Positions 19,854 to 29,783 of a stretch of 64,000 nucleotides of DNA are shown piece by piece. The position numbers were made by a program, and so were the translations under genes. Under the pieces are notes generated by a model that saw only the letters and a program-made list of their open reading frames with translations, did no database searches and was not told where the DNA came from. Origin of the DNA: a virus; the IMG/VR virus record IMGVR_UViG_3300022752_003639, positions 32,001-96,000 of that record. One strand, given 5' to 3'. Positions within the stretch are counted from its first letter, which is position 1. Each line of letters opens with the position of its first letter.

Positions 19854-20094
19854 AACATATAAATCGTTTCAAGGAAAAGAAGTTGACATGGAAAAAATCA
19901 TGCGCAATAATGAACTTATGCCTGCTGTAGGTAACGTACGTGTTAATGCAAGAGGCGATGAGCTAGGTCCAGGTGGAAAGATAATAAGAAAAAGAGAACA
20001 AATTGTAGCAGATTATTACGAAAAAACACCTGCTAAACAACGTGAAGAAATTAAACCAATAGAAAAAAAAGATAAAAAACCAACAGGAGTATAA
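19846..20094 (+). CDS. conserved hypothetical phage protein
   Basis: AVGNVRVNARGDELGPGG motif; AAGGAG SD. Confidence 0.75.
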   Translation: MNKTYKSFQGKEVDMEKIMRNNELMPAVGNVRVNARGDELGPGGKIIRKREQIVADYYEKTPAKQREEIKPIEKKDKKPTGV

Positions 20095-20104
20095 GAGGAA
20101 AAAT

Positions 20105-20437
20105 ATGAAACTTAAAGGAAAAGTTATTCCATTGAGGGATAACATTATTGTTAGCGACATGAATTTTGATCATGAAATTACAAAAAGCGGATTATTCATA
20201 GCCAGTGACAACGGTAAAACATCTGGTATACATCCTAGATGGGGAAGAGTATTTGCTATCGGAAAAGATCAAAAAGATGTGATAATTGGGGAATGGGTAT
20301 TGGTAGAACACGGTCGGTGGACAAGAACAGTAGAATGGGAAGATAAAGACGGTAACACAAAAGAATTAAGAATGATCGAAGGTAAATCTATACTTGCAGT
20401 ATCAGAAAATCCACCTTCTGATGTACTACGAAATTAA
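20105..20437 (+). CDS. groES: GroES-like co-chaperonin
   Basis: IPLRDNIIV, TKSGLFI, GRVFAIG, GEWVLV, ILAV. Confidence 0.8.
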   Translation: MKLKGKVIPLRDNIIVSDMNFDHEITKSGLFIASDNGKTSGIHPRWGRVFAIGKDQKDVIIGEWVLVEHGRWTRTVEWEDKDGNTKELRMIEGKSILAVSENPPSDVLRN

Positions 20438-20457
20438 TCAGAATTTAATAATATCAT

Positions 20458-20486
20458 TTGACAACTATTAAAGAAAATCTTATAAT
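20458..20486 (+). promoter_or_regulatory. consensus sigma70 promoter
   Basis: TTGACA(20458-63)-17 bp-TATAAT(20481-86). Confidence 0.85.
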
Positions 20487-20510
20487 CTATTATATGATAA
20501 TAGGTTAGAA

Positions 20511-20876
20511 ATGACATCAAGTAATCCCATAACTATACTTACCATTAACAATAGTGCAGAATATAATAGACGACGAAATGTAACAAAACAAAAGGCAACC
20601 ATGAAATCAAAATTTAAACGCTGGATTCGCAACTGGCTCAATGAAGAGCAAGTAGAGGCATTATCAGGCTCAAGACTAGTGGATTCTACAGAATTAGACT
20701 CAAATCAGCCTATGCGTATTACTATTCACAGAGCAGCAGGTGGTATGGTCGTAGAAACACGAACCTATGATCGTCTTAAAGATCGAAATAACCAAAACCT
20801 ACATATTGTCACTCATGAACAAAACCTAGGAGAAAGTCTAAGCAAGATTGTAACTATGGAGTCATTACGTGGCTAA
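20511..20876 (+). CDS. hypothetical protein
   Basis: 121-aa ORF between the promoter and the clamp loader. Confidence 0.7.
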   Translation: MTSSNPITILTINNSAEYNRRRNVTKQKATMKSKFKRWIRNWLNEEQVEALSGSRLVDSTELDSNQPMRITIHRAAGGMVVETRTYDRLKDRNNQNLHIVTHEQNLGESLSKIVTMESLRG

Positions 20877-21789
20877 AGAACTTTGGACAGAGCGTTATAG
20901 ACCTAAAACAGTAGATCAGTATGTCTTTAAAGATAAAGCACAAAAACGACAAGTTCAATTATGGATCAAAGAAAAGTCTATTCCTCATCTGTTACTAAGT
21001 GGTGCGGCAGGCATTGGCAAAACAACATTGGCAAAAGTTCTCATAAATGAGCTCGGGATCGAAGATTACGATGTATTAGAAATTAATGCATCACGAGAAA
21101 ACAATGTAGAGACAGTAAGAGACAAAATTATTAATTTTGTTCAAATGATTCCGTTTGGTCCTTTTAAAATTGTTTTGTTAGATGAAGCAGATTATCTAAC
21201 TCCAAATGCTCAAGCCATACTTCGTGGTGTAATGGAAACTTACAGCAACCATAGTAGATTCATACTTACATGTAACTATCCAAACAGAATTATTCCTGCC
21301 ATACATAGTCGATGTCAGGGCTTTCATGTAGAACGTACTGACCAAACAGAATTTACTGCTAGGGTGGCAACAATTTTAGTCGAAGAAGAAATAGATTTTG
21401 AATTAGATGTATTAGATACTTTTGTTAAGGTTACCTATCCTGATCTTAGAAAATGTATAAACATGATTCAACAACATTGTGCTAACCAAAAACTTTTATT
21501 ACCAAGTACCAACGATAGAGAGTCTAGTGATTATAAAATAGACATGGTTGAATTATTTAAACAGGGTAAAATACAAGATGCTAGAAAATTACTCTGCGGT
21601 AAAGTTAGACCAGAAGAAATGGAAGAAATCTATCGTTGGATGTACGATAATTTAGAATTGTTTGGAAAAACAGATGAGACAAAAGATAAAGCCTTGCTTA
21701 TTATTAAACAAGGTCTGGTAGATCATGCTCTCATTGCAGATCCAGAAATAAATCTTGCGGCCTGTCTAGTCAAGTTGTCAAGACTATAA
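20869..21789 (+). CDS. clamp loader AAA+ subunit (T4 gp44/RFC-like)
   Basis: WTERYRPKT, Walker A GAAGIGKT, INAS, LDEAD, SRC motif HSRCQ. Confidence 0.92.
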   Translation: MAKELWTERYRPKTVDQYVFKDKAQKRQVQLWIKEKSIPHLLLSGAAGIGKTTLAKVLINELGIEDYDVLEINASRENNVETVRDKIINFVQMIPFGPFKIVLLDEADYLTPNAQAILRGVMETYSNHSRFILTCNYPNRIIPAIHSRCQGFHVERTDQTEFTARVATILVEEEIDFELDVLDTFVKVTYPDLRKCINMIQQHCANQKLLLPSTNDRESSDYKIDMVELFKQGKIQDARKLLCGKVRPEEMEEIYRWMYDNLELFGKTDETKDKALLIIKQGLVDHALIADPEINLAACLVKLSRL

Positions 21790-21790
21790 C

Positions 21791-21838
21791 AATAAATCGA
21801 GCAGTATAAAAGCAGGCTGATCGTTTGCTCGATTTATT
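21791..21838. terminator. probable bidirectional terminator between convergent genes
   Basis: 13-bp perfect inverted repeat AATAAATCGAGCA(21791-803)/TGCTCGATTTATT(21826-838). Confidence 0.65.
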
Positions 21839-21841
21839 ATT

Positions 21842-22597
21842 TCAAACCACTTCTTTATATATTTTTAAAACTTCTTTTACAACAGGATGCCTTTCTACAT
21901 CCTTTGTTTCGAATTTTGCCATAGCGATCATTTTTAAATCACCTCCTTCTTCTTGTAATTTGCAAAATTCAAACAAACCGTTTTCTCGAGGCCTATCTGC
22001 CTGACATAAATCTCCCGTAACTACCATTCTAGAATTTTCTCCGAGTCTGGTCAATAACATCTTCATTTGAGAAGGTGTGGCATTTTGCATTTCATCTGCT
22101 ATGACAAAAGCATTTTTAAAAGTACGCCCTCTCATATAAGCCAACGGCGAAATTTCTATAACTCCATCTTCCAACATACTTAATATTTCTCGAGGATGAT
22201 AGTATTCCTCGAAAACATCAAATATTGGTCTTGTCCAAGGTTCCATTTTTTGAATTAATGTGCCTGGTAAAAATCCGTGTTCCTCATCAACTGAAACAGC
22301 TGGTCGGGTAACAATAATTTTACTGGTTATACCTTCTTTAAGTAATTTTATAGCCATCTGGACAGCTAACATCGTTTTGCCTGTTCCCGCAGGACCGATA
22401 GCTAATATTATATATTTTTTTGGATTTATTAACAGTTCAAAATATTTTTCTTGAGACAGGTTTCTGGGAATTATACTAACTTGCTGTTTACGTTTTAGGT
22501 AAGGCTTAATCTGTATAAGGTTATTGCTCATTTCTTTTGAAAATCTAGGATCCTTTTCTAAAAAAGAATTCCGTTCACGACGCTTGGTTCTAGGCAA
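21842..22597 (-). CDS. phoH: PhoH family ATPase
   Basis: GPAGTGKT, IIVTRP, GFLPGT, LAYMRGRTF, DEMQN, LTRLG, GDLCQAD, RHPVV. Confidence 0.93.
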   Translation of the reverse strand: MPRTKRRERNSFLEKDPRFSKEMSNNLIQIKPYLKRKQQVSIIPRNLSQEKYFELLINPKKYIILAIGPAGTGKTMLAVQMAIKLLKEGITSKIIVTRPAVSVDEEHGFLPGTLIQKMEPWTRPIFDVFEEYYHPREILSMLEDGVIEISPLAYMRGRTFKNAFVIADEMQNATPSQMKMLLTRLGENSRMVVTGDLCQADRPRENGLFEFCKLQEEGGDLKMIAMAKFETKDVERHPVVKEVLKIYKEVV

Positions 22598-22737
22598 TTT
22601 ACTCTCCTGATCATAATATAATGATCAACCTGCAAATGTATTTAAAATATGATTTTAAAAAGGCAATAAAATAGCCTAATTTTAATCATTGTATATAATC
22701 ACTCAAAAAAAAACTAAATACAGACAAGGATAATCAT

Positions 22738-23259
22738 ATGCATGACGTTCTAGACATTATTAAAAACCTACAAGTTATAAGTGAAAATAACGGTGCTTTT
22801 TCTGTGGTCAAAGATTTTGAAAGAGTATTAGACGAATTAGACATTTATGTATTTGATAATTGGGAAGATGGAGAATTAGTAGAGGGCCCGCATGTTAACA
22901 GACATGATATTACTTGTCAATTTATGTGGCCATTAAAGTCTGCTCCGGATCCAAAAGGAGCAAAACGATTAGTTGACTATGGTTGCGATATTACATATAA
23001 AAAAGACCATATTCTTATGCCAAGAAAAATAAAAGATCCTGGAGATTTCAGGCCCGGAACACGTAAAGGTAAAATAGATGCTCATCCAGTGTGGATAGTT
23101 ACAATTACGATGCCTAAAAAACTCATGCAGGATGTTGCAGTTGGACAAGAAAATAAAGAATCTGCTAGAAGAGCAGAATTAATGAAATACAATAGTATGG
23201 ATATGACTCAAGAAGCAGCAGCGCAACAAGCACCACAGGAGGCACCAGCTAATGCGTAA
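22738..23259 (+). CDS. conserved hypothetical phage protein
   Basis: DFERVLDELDIYVFDNWEDGE; TAAATA at 22715-20. Confidence 0.8.
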   Translation: MHDVLDIIKNLQVISENNGAFSVVKDFERVLDELDIYVFDNWEDGELVEGPHVNRHDITCQFMWPLKSAPDPKGAKRLVDYGCDITYKKDHILMPRKIKDPGDFRPGTRKGKIDAHPVWIVTITMPKKLMQDVAVGQENKESARRAELMKYNSMDMTQEAAAQQAPQEAPANA

Positions 23260-23995
23260 ACATCTTAAAGAAGGATTGAGATCTGGAGATTTAAAGAATT
23301 ATATAGACAAACTTTTTACAGTAGACCAATATAAAAGTAAGATGGGCGAAGACAAAGATATTGTTGTTATAGGATTTAAAGTTAAAGAAAAACATCCTGC
23401 TATAGATCTGGTAGAATTTATAGAAAAAGGTTATGATTTTATATTAGATGCAGACATGAGCGCAGGAGAAGAGCACGATGGCAAATACCAAGTATTTGTA
23501 GAAATTCAAAGAACTCCTCAACTTGCTGAACAACTTGAAGAGCTATTAGACGGTGTAACTAAATTATGCGATTGCGAAAATTGGAGGTTCAGATACCAAA
23601 AAGCAAATCACAGTGTAGAATTTACCAAAGAATCATTAACAGAAAATGTTCCTTTAACACCACAATCCTATGAATCTGCTATGTTAGAAATAAAAGAATC
23701 AGATTTAAATGATTTTTTTGATCAAGGATCTGTGGAATTACAATTAACAGAAAATAATAGATTAACATTTAGAAAACCATTTGCTAATGACATTGAAACA
23801 ACTTTTCTAGCAATAGGAGATTATAATAATGTACTAAAAGCATTTCCTGGTGCTTTGAGATTAGATGAAAGTAGTCAAAGCCAAGTTATATTTTTAGCAA
23901 AGTATCTCGGAAACTACGATATTGACAAAATTGGTAATGTGTTTTTAATTAGAAATGGGGATCGTGCAGTTGTTTTAGAAAAAAATAGGTGGTAA
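23252..23995 (+). CDS. conserved hypothetical phage protein
   Basis: DQYKSKMGED, FIEKGYDFILDAD; N-terminus MRKHLKE. Confidence 0.8.
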   Translation: MRKHLKEGLRSGDLKNYIDKLFTVDQYKSKMGEDKDIVVIGFKVKEKHPAIDLVEFIEKGYDFILDADMSAGEEHDGKYQVFVEIQRTPQLAEQLEELLDGVTKLCDCENWRFRYQKANHSVEFTKESLTENVPLTPQSYESAMLEIKESDLNDFFDQGSVELQLTENNRLTFRKPFANDIETTFLAIGDYNNVLKAFPGALRLDESSQSQVIFLAKYLGNYDIDKIGNVFLIRNGDRAVVLEKNRW

Positions 23996-24621
23996 ACATG
24001 TCCGAACAATCAGAACCTGAAGTTAACCTTTTGTTATGGATGTTAGAGACAACTATGGATTGGATACCAGCTGGTGTATGGCATCTATTAGTTATTGCAG
24101 GATTTTTAGGATATTTTTTAACATTTGTTATGCGATTAATTCCTTTTATGGGAATTTATGCATTACCTATTAGAATATTAAGTTTTGTTGTACTATTGGG
24201 GTCAGTTTATGTTGAAGGGGCCTTGAACTATAGAACTTCAGAAGAAGTAATAAACATAATAGAAGAAGGTAATAAAAAAGCAGAAAATATTACCGCTGAA
24301 ACAGACTCAACTGTAAAACAAGAAGAAGAAAAAATAGATAAAGAGAAAGATCAATTAAAAGATCAGGTCGGCGCTCTTTTTGGTAAAACAAAAGACTTAG
24401 AAGCTAAAGCAGCAGAAGAACGTAGAAAAGCGGCAGAAGCATCTGTTAACTTTAATAAGATGAGTTCGGCAGAGAAAGAAGCTTTTAATAATAAGTTTAA
24501 AGAACAAGAAGCAAAACATCAGAAAGAACTTGAAGATGCTAGAAGAGCTAATCAAGAGTGTCCTATTCCAAACGCCGTAGTTGACCAAATTAATAAAGTA
24601 GTGAAGGGAGAAAAGCAATGA
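23989..24621 (+). CDS. inner-membrane spanin-like (Rz-like) protein
   Basis: N-terminal TMs, long coiled coil, C-terminal Cys (ECPIP), followed by a lipoprotein. Confidence 0.6.
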   Translation: MVNMSEQSEPEVNLLLWMLETTMDWIPAGVWHLLVIAGFLGYFLTFVMRLIPFMGIYALPIRILSFVVLLGSVYVEGALNYRTSEEVINIIEEGNKKAENITAETDSTVKQEEEKIDKEKDQLKDQVGALFGKTKDLEAKAAEERRKAAEASVNFNKMSSAEKEAFNNKFKEQEAKHQKELEDARRANQECPIPNAVVDQINKVVKGEKQ

Positions 24622-24953
24622 GAATGCTTGGTATTATCTTTTGCACTTTATTAATTTCTAGTTGTGGGTTATTTGAACCTAAAGTAATACGTGTGCCAGT
24701 ACCTCCTCCGGATTGGCCACCTGCCAGTGTCGAACTAATGAAAAAATGTGAAGAATTAAAAGAACTAAAAGCTGGAAAAGAAGGTGAACCTGTACGATTA
24801 AATGATTTACTTAATAACTTAGTTGAGAATTATACATTACATTATAAGTGTTCTTTGAAAAACGATAGTTGGCAACAATGGTATAAGGATCAAAAGAATA
24901 ATTACGAAGAAACTGTTAATAAAAGCAAGGCAGCGATAACAGGATCAAAATGA
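24618..24953 (+). CDS. outer-membrane spanin-like (Rz1-like) lipoprotein
   Basis: Lipobox ISSC, Pro-rich PVPPPDWPP, NYTLHYKC. Confidence 0.65.
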   Translation: MRMLGIIFCTLLISSCGLFEPKVIRVPVPPPDWPPASVELMKKCEELKELKAGKEGEPVRLNDLLNNLVENYTLHYKCSLKNDSWQQWYKDQKNNYEETVNKSKAAITGSK

Positions 24954-25354
24954 TTAGAATATTTTTTGCATTAGTACTATCGAGCTTTCTTTCAGGATGT
25001 GTACTATTAGATGCATACTTAATGACTAAATATGATCCTAATGAATATAAATTAATTACAGATATACGATCACAGGCACATAGATATAAAGAAGAGTGCG
25101 CTAATGTAGAACAAAGTAAAGATCATGCTAGGCATATTTTTACTCAAACTGAGTTGTTTATGATGTATAGCGAGCACGTACCAAGAAATAAAGATGTTCA
25201 AGCAGCCTCTAAAGAGTTAAATGAAATAGCCAAAGAGTTGCATGAAAGATATACTAAAGGGTCTGTTAGTATTATATTTTGTAAATTAAAATTTGATAAT
25301 ATAGAAAATAGTTCAAAACGTATGCAATCTATAATAGGGAGTAGGCCAAGATGA
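24950..25354 (+). CDS. second predicted lipoprotein
   Basis: Signal peptide with LSGC lipobox. Confidence 0.65.
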   Translation: MIRIFFALVLSSFLSGCVLLDAYLMTKYDPNEYKLITDIRSQAHRYKEECANVEQSKDHARHIFTQTELFMMYSEHVPRNKDVQAASKELNEIAKELHERYTKGSVSIIFCKLKFDNIENSSKRMQSIIGSRPR

Positions 25355-25680
25355 GTAGCGAAATTTGGGAAGAAAATTATCAATACTGTATGAATTGTGA
25401 TATAGAAATTATTAGAATTGCCAGCCAAGAAATTTACAATTTAAAACAAAAGTTTGATAATCAAGAAATTTCAGTAACTGATTTTTATTTAGAAACTGAC
25501 AATATAACAAAAAACACATTCAGTAAACCCGTACCTAATGGCAAATTACATGATCCTATAGCTTTAGAAAATGTAACTGATCTGTTTATTAAAATATTAT
25601 GTCATGTAAAAAACATTTCATATACTTCAAAGATCGAAGCTCTAATGAAAATTCAAGAAGAATACAAAAAAATTAATTAG
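25351..25680 (+). CDS. helical hypothetical protein (paralogue 1)
   Basis: MSSEIW.. N-terminus shared with the next ORF. Confidence 0.65.
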   Translation: MSSEIWEENYQYCMNCDIEIIRIASQEIYNLKQKFDNQEISVTDFYLETDNITKNTFSKPVPNGKLHDPIALENVTDLFIKILCHVKNISYTSKIEALMKIQEEYKKIN

Positions 25681-25694
25681 TTAAGGTAAAAATC

Positions 25695-26057
25695 ATGAGT
25701 AACGAAATTTGGCAAGAATGGTATAATAAGAGTATTAATTCTACCGACGAAAGAATTAAATTTGCAGCCAACGAGCTTGTTAAACTAAAAATTAGTTTAA
25801 CAAACGGAGAAATTACTAACGATGAATTCTTTGATATTGCTACAGACTTAGGGGTTAACACATTAGGAGTATTACAAAATATACCAGGTATAGATGGTAG
25901 ACCTGAGTGCAATAAATTTTTTATACTTTATATAAGTGAAGCTATGGGTTGGGATTTAACTGATCCATTCGGTGAAGGCGATCTTCCTAAAAAAGTTGGG
26001 GAATATAAAGTATCTAGATTAAAAATCACCGGAGGAGTTCCAGGAGGAAATCAATGA
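25695..26057 (+). CDS. helical hypothetical protein (paralogue 2)
   Basis: MSNEIW..; AANELVKLK..GEITNDEF. Confidence 0.7.
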   Translation: MSNEIWQEWYNKSINSTDERIKFAANELVKLKISLTNGEITNDEFFDIATDLGVNTLGVLQNIPGIDGRPECNKFFILYISEAMGWDLTDPFGEGDLPKKVGEYKVSRLKITGGVPGGNQ

Positions 26058-26311
26058 GCGTAGAACAACACCAACATAGTTTATACGAGTGTTTAGGTAC
26101 AGGTGATCCTATCATTATGAATGCTGCTCAACAGGCTAATGAGCTTACAGAAATGATGAAACGTGGTGAACTTTCAAAAGAAGAATATATGAGTCTAATG
26201 TCTGATATACAAAGACAGGCAAATATAGATAGTCATATGGATAGTTTTGATGCAAAACAAAAATTACATATAGCAATTACTGGTTTAATAAGTATTGCTT
26301 CTATGATATAA
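26054..26311 (+). CDS. helical hypothetical protein (distant paralogue 3)
   Basis: AAQQANEL..RGELSKEEY. Confidence 0.7.
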   Translation: MSVEQHQHSLYECLGTGDPIIMNAAQQANELTEMMKRGELSKEEYMSLMSDIQRQANIDSHMDSFDAKQKLHIAITGLISIASMI

Positions 26312-26321
26312 CGGAGCAAAT

Positions 26322-26945
26322 ATGTCTGATTTTATTTTAACTAAAGAACAATTAGCACAACTACTTCCAGGAAATCCTTATATAGATCACTGGCATCATG
26401 CTATGGAACGTTGTTTACCAGATTATGATATAAACACCCCACAAAGAATAGCTATGTTTTTAGCTCAGTGTATTCACGAAAGTGGAGGATTTAAATTTTT
26501 GAAAGAAAATTTAAATTACAAAGCAGCGAGTCTTGTAAAAGTATGGCCTAGGTATTTCCCTACCATGGAGGTAGCTCAGCAGTATGCTAATAAACAAGAA
26601 ATGATAGCTAATAGAGCATATGGTGGTCGCATGGGCAATGGTCCTGAACATACAGGAGACGGTTGGAAATTTTGTGGAAGAGGGCTCATACAGTTGACAG
26701 GTCGTAATAATTATCAGGCATTTGCAGATAGTATAGAAACTGATATTGAAGAAATTCCTGCATACCTGCAAACATTCGAAGGTGCAGTTCAGTCAGCCTG
26801 CTGGTTTTGGGAATCTAATAAGTTAAATAACTTTGCAGATCAAGGAGATGTACTTAATGCGACTAAACGTATTAACGGAGGCACTATTGGCCTTGCAGAT
26901 CGTACAAAACACTATCAACACGCCTTACATATAATGGGAGCATAA
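26322..26945 (+). CDS. glycoside hydrolase family 19 endolysin
   Basis: FLAQCIHESGG, ENLNY, GRMGNG, GRGLIQLTGRNNY, TKRINGG. Confidence 0.92.
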   Translation: MSDFILTKEQLAQLLPGNPYIDHWHHAMERCLPDYDINTPQRIAMFLAQCIHESGGFKFLKENLNYKAASLVKVWPRYFPTMEVAQQYANKQEMIANRAYGGRMGNGPEHTGDGWKFCGRGLIQLTGRNNYQAFADSIETDIEEIPAYLQTFEGAVQSACWFWESNKLNNFADQGDVLNATKRINGGTIGLADRTKHYQHALHIMGA

Positions 26946-26946
26946 A

Positions 26947-27510
26947 ATGAGCGCAGTAGACACAATGTTAAGATTTTTTACCAAGGAAGCAAAGGATCCC
27001 AATGCTCCTAAACCACCTCCTGGTTCACGTTCTGAACGCGAAGCTAAGATTAAAGATAAGGCAGGTCTTGTCATTAATATCTTTGCCTTATTGTTAGCCG
27101 TAAACGCATGGTATGGTGGAAAATTAAGTTCAACTGTTTTAAACAATACAATAGCTGCAAATAATCAGTGGTCATGGTATCAGGCTAAAAACATTAGAGA
27201 GGTTCTTTATACAACTTCTGCAATGGACACTCGTATTCCTGAAAATAAAGCAAAATTTGAAGAAGAGGCCAAACGTATGCATCATGATAAAGAAGAAATC
27301 ATGGTAAAAGCCAAAGCACTCGAGGCTGAACGTGATGAAGCTAAGAAACGTAGCCCATGGATTGGGTATGCTTCAACAGCCTACCAACTTAGTATTGTAC
27401 TTTTATCTGCTAGTATTCTTGCTGTGAGTATGCCATTATTTTATGGTAGTTTTCTGGTAGCAGGAGCAGGATTGATATTAAGTTTAAATGGACTATACCT
27501 TTGGTTTTAA
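26947..27510 (+). CDS. DUF4337-like membrane protein
   Basis: NQWSWYQAKNI motif, three hydrophobic segments. Confidence 0.7.
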   Translation: MSAVDTMLRFFTKEAKDPNAPKPPPGSRSEREAKIKDKAGLVINIFALLLAVNAWYGGKLSSTVLNNTIAANNQWSWYQAKNIREVLYTTSAMDTRIPENKAKFEEEAKRMHHDKEEIMVKAKALEAERDEAKKRSPWIGYASTAYQLSIVLLSASILAVSMPLFYGSFLVAGAGLILSLNGLYLWF

Positions 27511-27526
27511 ATAGAATAAACAAGGA

Positions 27527-28153
27527 GTGAACATGGGAACAGCAGATGACTACGCTAAAATGAGCGATAGTGAAAAGAAAAAAGAAGATTGGATGAATTC
27601 CAAATGGCGTCCTATGATGGGGTGGCTATATATGTTAGTATGTTTCGCAGACTTTGTAGCATTTCCTGTCATGTATGCAGTTATGACATCACTAATGTTC
27701 AAAGGACAACTGCCTCAAGGTTATCCAAGTCAATGGAACCCATTAACTTTACAAGGTGCAGGATTATTTCACCTTGCCATGGGTGCGGTTCTAGGATTAG
27801 CAGCATGGGGTCGTACACAGGAAAAATTAAACGGAGCAAATAATGGCGGCGCAGCACCTACACCAAGCAGTATGCCTACATCATTTGGCCAAGCACCGAC
27901 AGGGGGATTTGGATCCTCAGGAACAGGCTTTGGCGGAAGCGGCTTTGGAGGCGCACCTAGCCAGGGTTTTCAGCAGCCACCCGCAGGTAACACAGGCGCA
28001 GCAGCAGGTGGCTTCGGTAGTGCAGCGCCAGTTGCCGTAGCAGCAGGACTAGGAGCTGCGGCAGCTATGGCAGTTCCATTTACCAGTAATGAAGTATTAG
28101 TAGGACCCGGTGGAAAACCTATGCCTGTCCAACCACCGGAACCAGAAATTTAA
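27527..28153 (+). CDS. holin-like membrane protein with Gly/Ala-rich tail
   Basis: WRPMMGWLY, TM segments, low-complexity C-terminus; next to the endolysin. Confidence 0.55.
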   Translation: MNMGTADDYAKMSDSEKKKEDWMNSKWRPMMGWLYMLVCFADFVAFPVMYAVMTSLMFKGQLPQGYPSQWNPLTLQGAGLFHLAMGAVLGLAAWGRTQEKLNGANNGGAAPTPSSMPTSFGQAPTGGFGSSGTGFGGSGFGGAPSQGFQQPPAGNTGAAAGGFGSAAPVAVAAGLGAAAAMAVPFTSNEVLVGPGGKPMPVQPPEPEI

Positions 28154-28163
28154 GGAGCGAAAA

Positions 28164-28394
28164 ATGAAGTACCTAATAGCAATATTAGCCAGCCTAGCAA
28201 TAGCACATGGTGCCTATGCATCAGACGATCATGCAGGTAAAGGCGAGATGAAAAAAGTATGTCATCCAAAAAAGGATAAAGATGGAAACGAAGTGAAAGA
28301 TAAAAGTGGAAAAGTTGTAGAAGTTTGTAAAGAAGTTAAAGTTCGTAAAAAGCTTGAATCAACAGAAATTCCACCAGCCAAAGATAAAAAGTAA
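28164..28394 (+). CDS. small secreted Lys-rich protein with two Cys
   Basis: AAGGAG SD, signal peptide MKYLIAILASLAIAHGAYA, KKVC ... EVCK. Confidence 0.7.
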   Translation: MKYLIAILASLAIAHGAYASDDHAGKGEMKKVCHPKKDKDGNEVKDKSGKVVEVCKEVKVRKKLESTEIPPAKDKK

Positions 28395-28401
28395 TAATTA
28401 G

Positions 28402-28446
28402 TTGACACTTAAATAAAGGTATAGTATAATTTACTATACCTTTTTT
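28402..28446 (+). promoter_or_regulatory. sigma70 promoter overlapped by a terminator-like hairpin
   Basis: TTGACA(28402-07)-17 bp-TATAAT(28425-30); stem GGTATAGTA(28418-26)/TACTATACC(28432-40) plus T6. Confidence 0.75.
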
Positions 28447-28461
28447 CTATTAATAACAATT

Positions 28462-29289
28462 ATGACAGACTTATATTCAACCCTAGGAGTAGATCGCTCA
28501 GCAGATCCTGAAACTATTAAGCGAGCCTATAGACAATTAGCTGCAAAACATCATCCTGACAGAGGAGGTGACAAAGGTAAATTTCAAGAAATACAAGCAG
28601 CATATGATGTATTAAGCGATCCACAAAAACGTGCGGAATACGATAATCCTCAACCTCAGGGATTTCATTTTGAATTTTCAAACAATGTTCCCCCCGGATT
28701 TGAACAGTTTTTTACTAATCATCCATTCGGAGATATGTTCGGTGGTCCTTTTAGACGACAGGCTCCCGTTAGAAACAGAACAATAAATTTACAAACAGAA
28801 ATTACATTAGAAGATGCTTTTTTTAGTAAAGACCTTATTGCGAATATTCAATTACCAAGCGGCAGAAATCAAACCGTAGAAGTTAAAATTCCCAAAGGTG
28901 TTAGAACTGGTACTGTGTTACGTTTGGCTAACATGGGTGACGACTCTATACAAGGAATACCTAAAGGTGATATACATTTAACAGTGATTATTAAAAATCA
29001 TAACACTTTTAGAAGAGAAGAAGATGATTTATACTACGATTTGAAATTAAACTGCATAGATGCTATATTAGGTAAAACTAAAGATATAGATTGTATAGAT
29101 GGAAAAACAATAGAAGTAGCTATCCCTCCAGGAACACAACATGGCCAATTATTAAGTATTCCTAATCAAGGAATGCCGAATATGAGTAACTCTAACATGA
29201 GGGGCAGGCTTCTGATTAATGTTCAAATTACCATACCTACATATGTTACAGATCAACAAAAATCTTTATTAAAACAAGCCTTTAAATAA
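28462..29289 (+). CDS. DnaJ-class (CbpA-like) co-chaperone
   Basis: J-domain with HPD, C-terminal DnaJ domain, no Zn finger. Confidence 0.92.
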   Translation: MTDLYSTLGVDRSADPETIKRAYRQLAAKHHPDRGGDKGKFQEIQAAYDVLSDPQKRAEYDNPQPQGFHFEFSNNVPPGFEQFFTNHPFGDMFGGPFRRQAPVRNRTINLQTEITLEDAFFSKDLIANIQLPSGRNQTVEVKIPKGVRTGTVLRLANMGDDSIQGIPKGDIHLTVIIKNHNTFRREEDDLYYDLKLNCIDAILGKTKDIDCIDGKTIEVAIPPGTQHGQLLSIPNQGMPNMSNSNMRGRLLINVQITIPTYVTDQQKSLLKQAFK

Positions 29290-29292
29290 TCT

Positions 29293-29781
29293 ATGTACAA
29301 AATTTTATCTTTCCCGCATCCTATTCTGTCTGAAAAAATGCCGGAATTCGATTTTGCTAATCCTATAGTAGATCCTATAGAGTTAGAAAAGAATTTAATA
29401 TCAACTATGATTACAAACAAGGGTATAGGATTATCAGCTAATCAGGTTGGGATAAAAGCCAGAGTGTTCGTCATGGGTGATTATGCTATACAGGGTGATT
29501 CCCAGGCATATTTTAATCCAAAAATTATAGATTTTGAAGAAGAAATAGAGGATTTACCTGAAGGATGCTTGAGTTTTCCGAATATTTTTGTTAAAATAAA
29601 ACGTAGTAAGTTTGTACATTGCTCTTGGCAAGATAGTAAAGGAGAATTTCAAGTAGGTACATTTACTGACTTAGGTAGTAAATGCTTTCAACACGAACTC
29701 GATCATTTAGATGGGATTGTGTTTAAAGATCGTGTGAGTCGCCTTAAATGGGACCTAGCATTAAAAAAGAAAAGGAAATAA
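29293..29781 (+). CDS. def: peptide deformylase
   Basis: GIGLSANQVG, EGCLS, QHELDHLDG. Confidence 0.93.
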   Translation: MYKILSFPHPILSEKMPEFDFANPIVDPIELEKNLISTMITNKGIGLSANQVGIKARVFVMGDYAIQGDSQAYFNPKIIDFEEEIEDLPEGCLSFPNIFVKIKRSKFVHCSWQDSKGEFQVGTFTDLGSKCFQHELDHLDGIVFKDRVSRLKWDLALKKKRK

Positions 29782-29783
29782 AA

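Noticed and set aside
28402-28446. CIRCE heat-shock operator ahead of dnaJ
   Set aside because: The palindrome does not match TTAGCACTC-N9-GAGTGCTAA.
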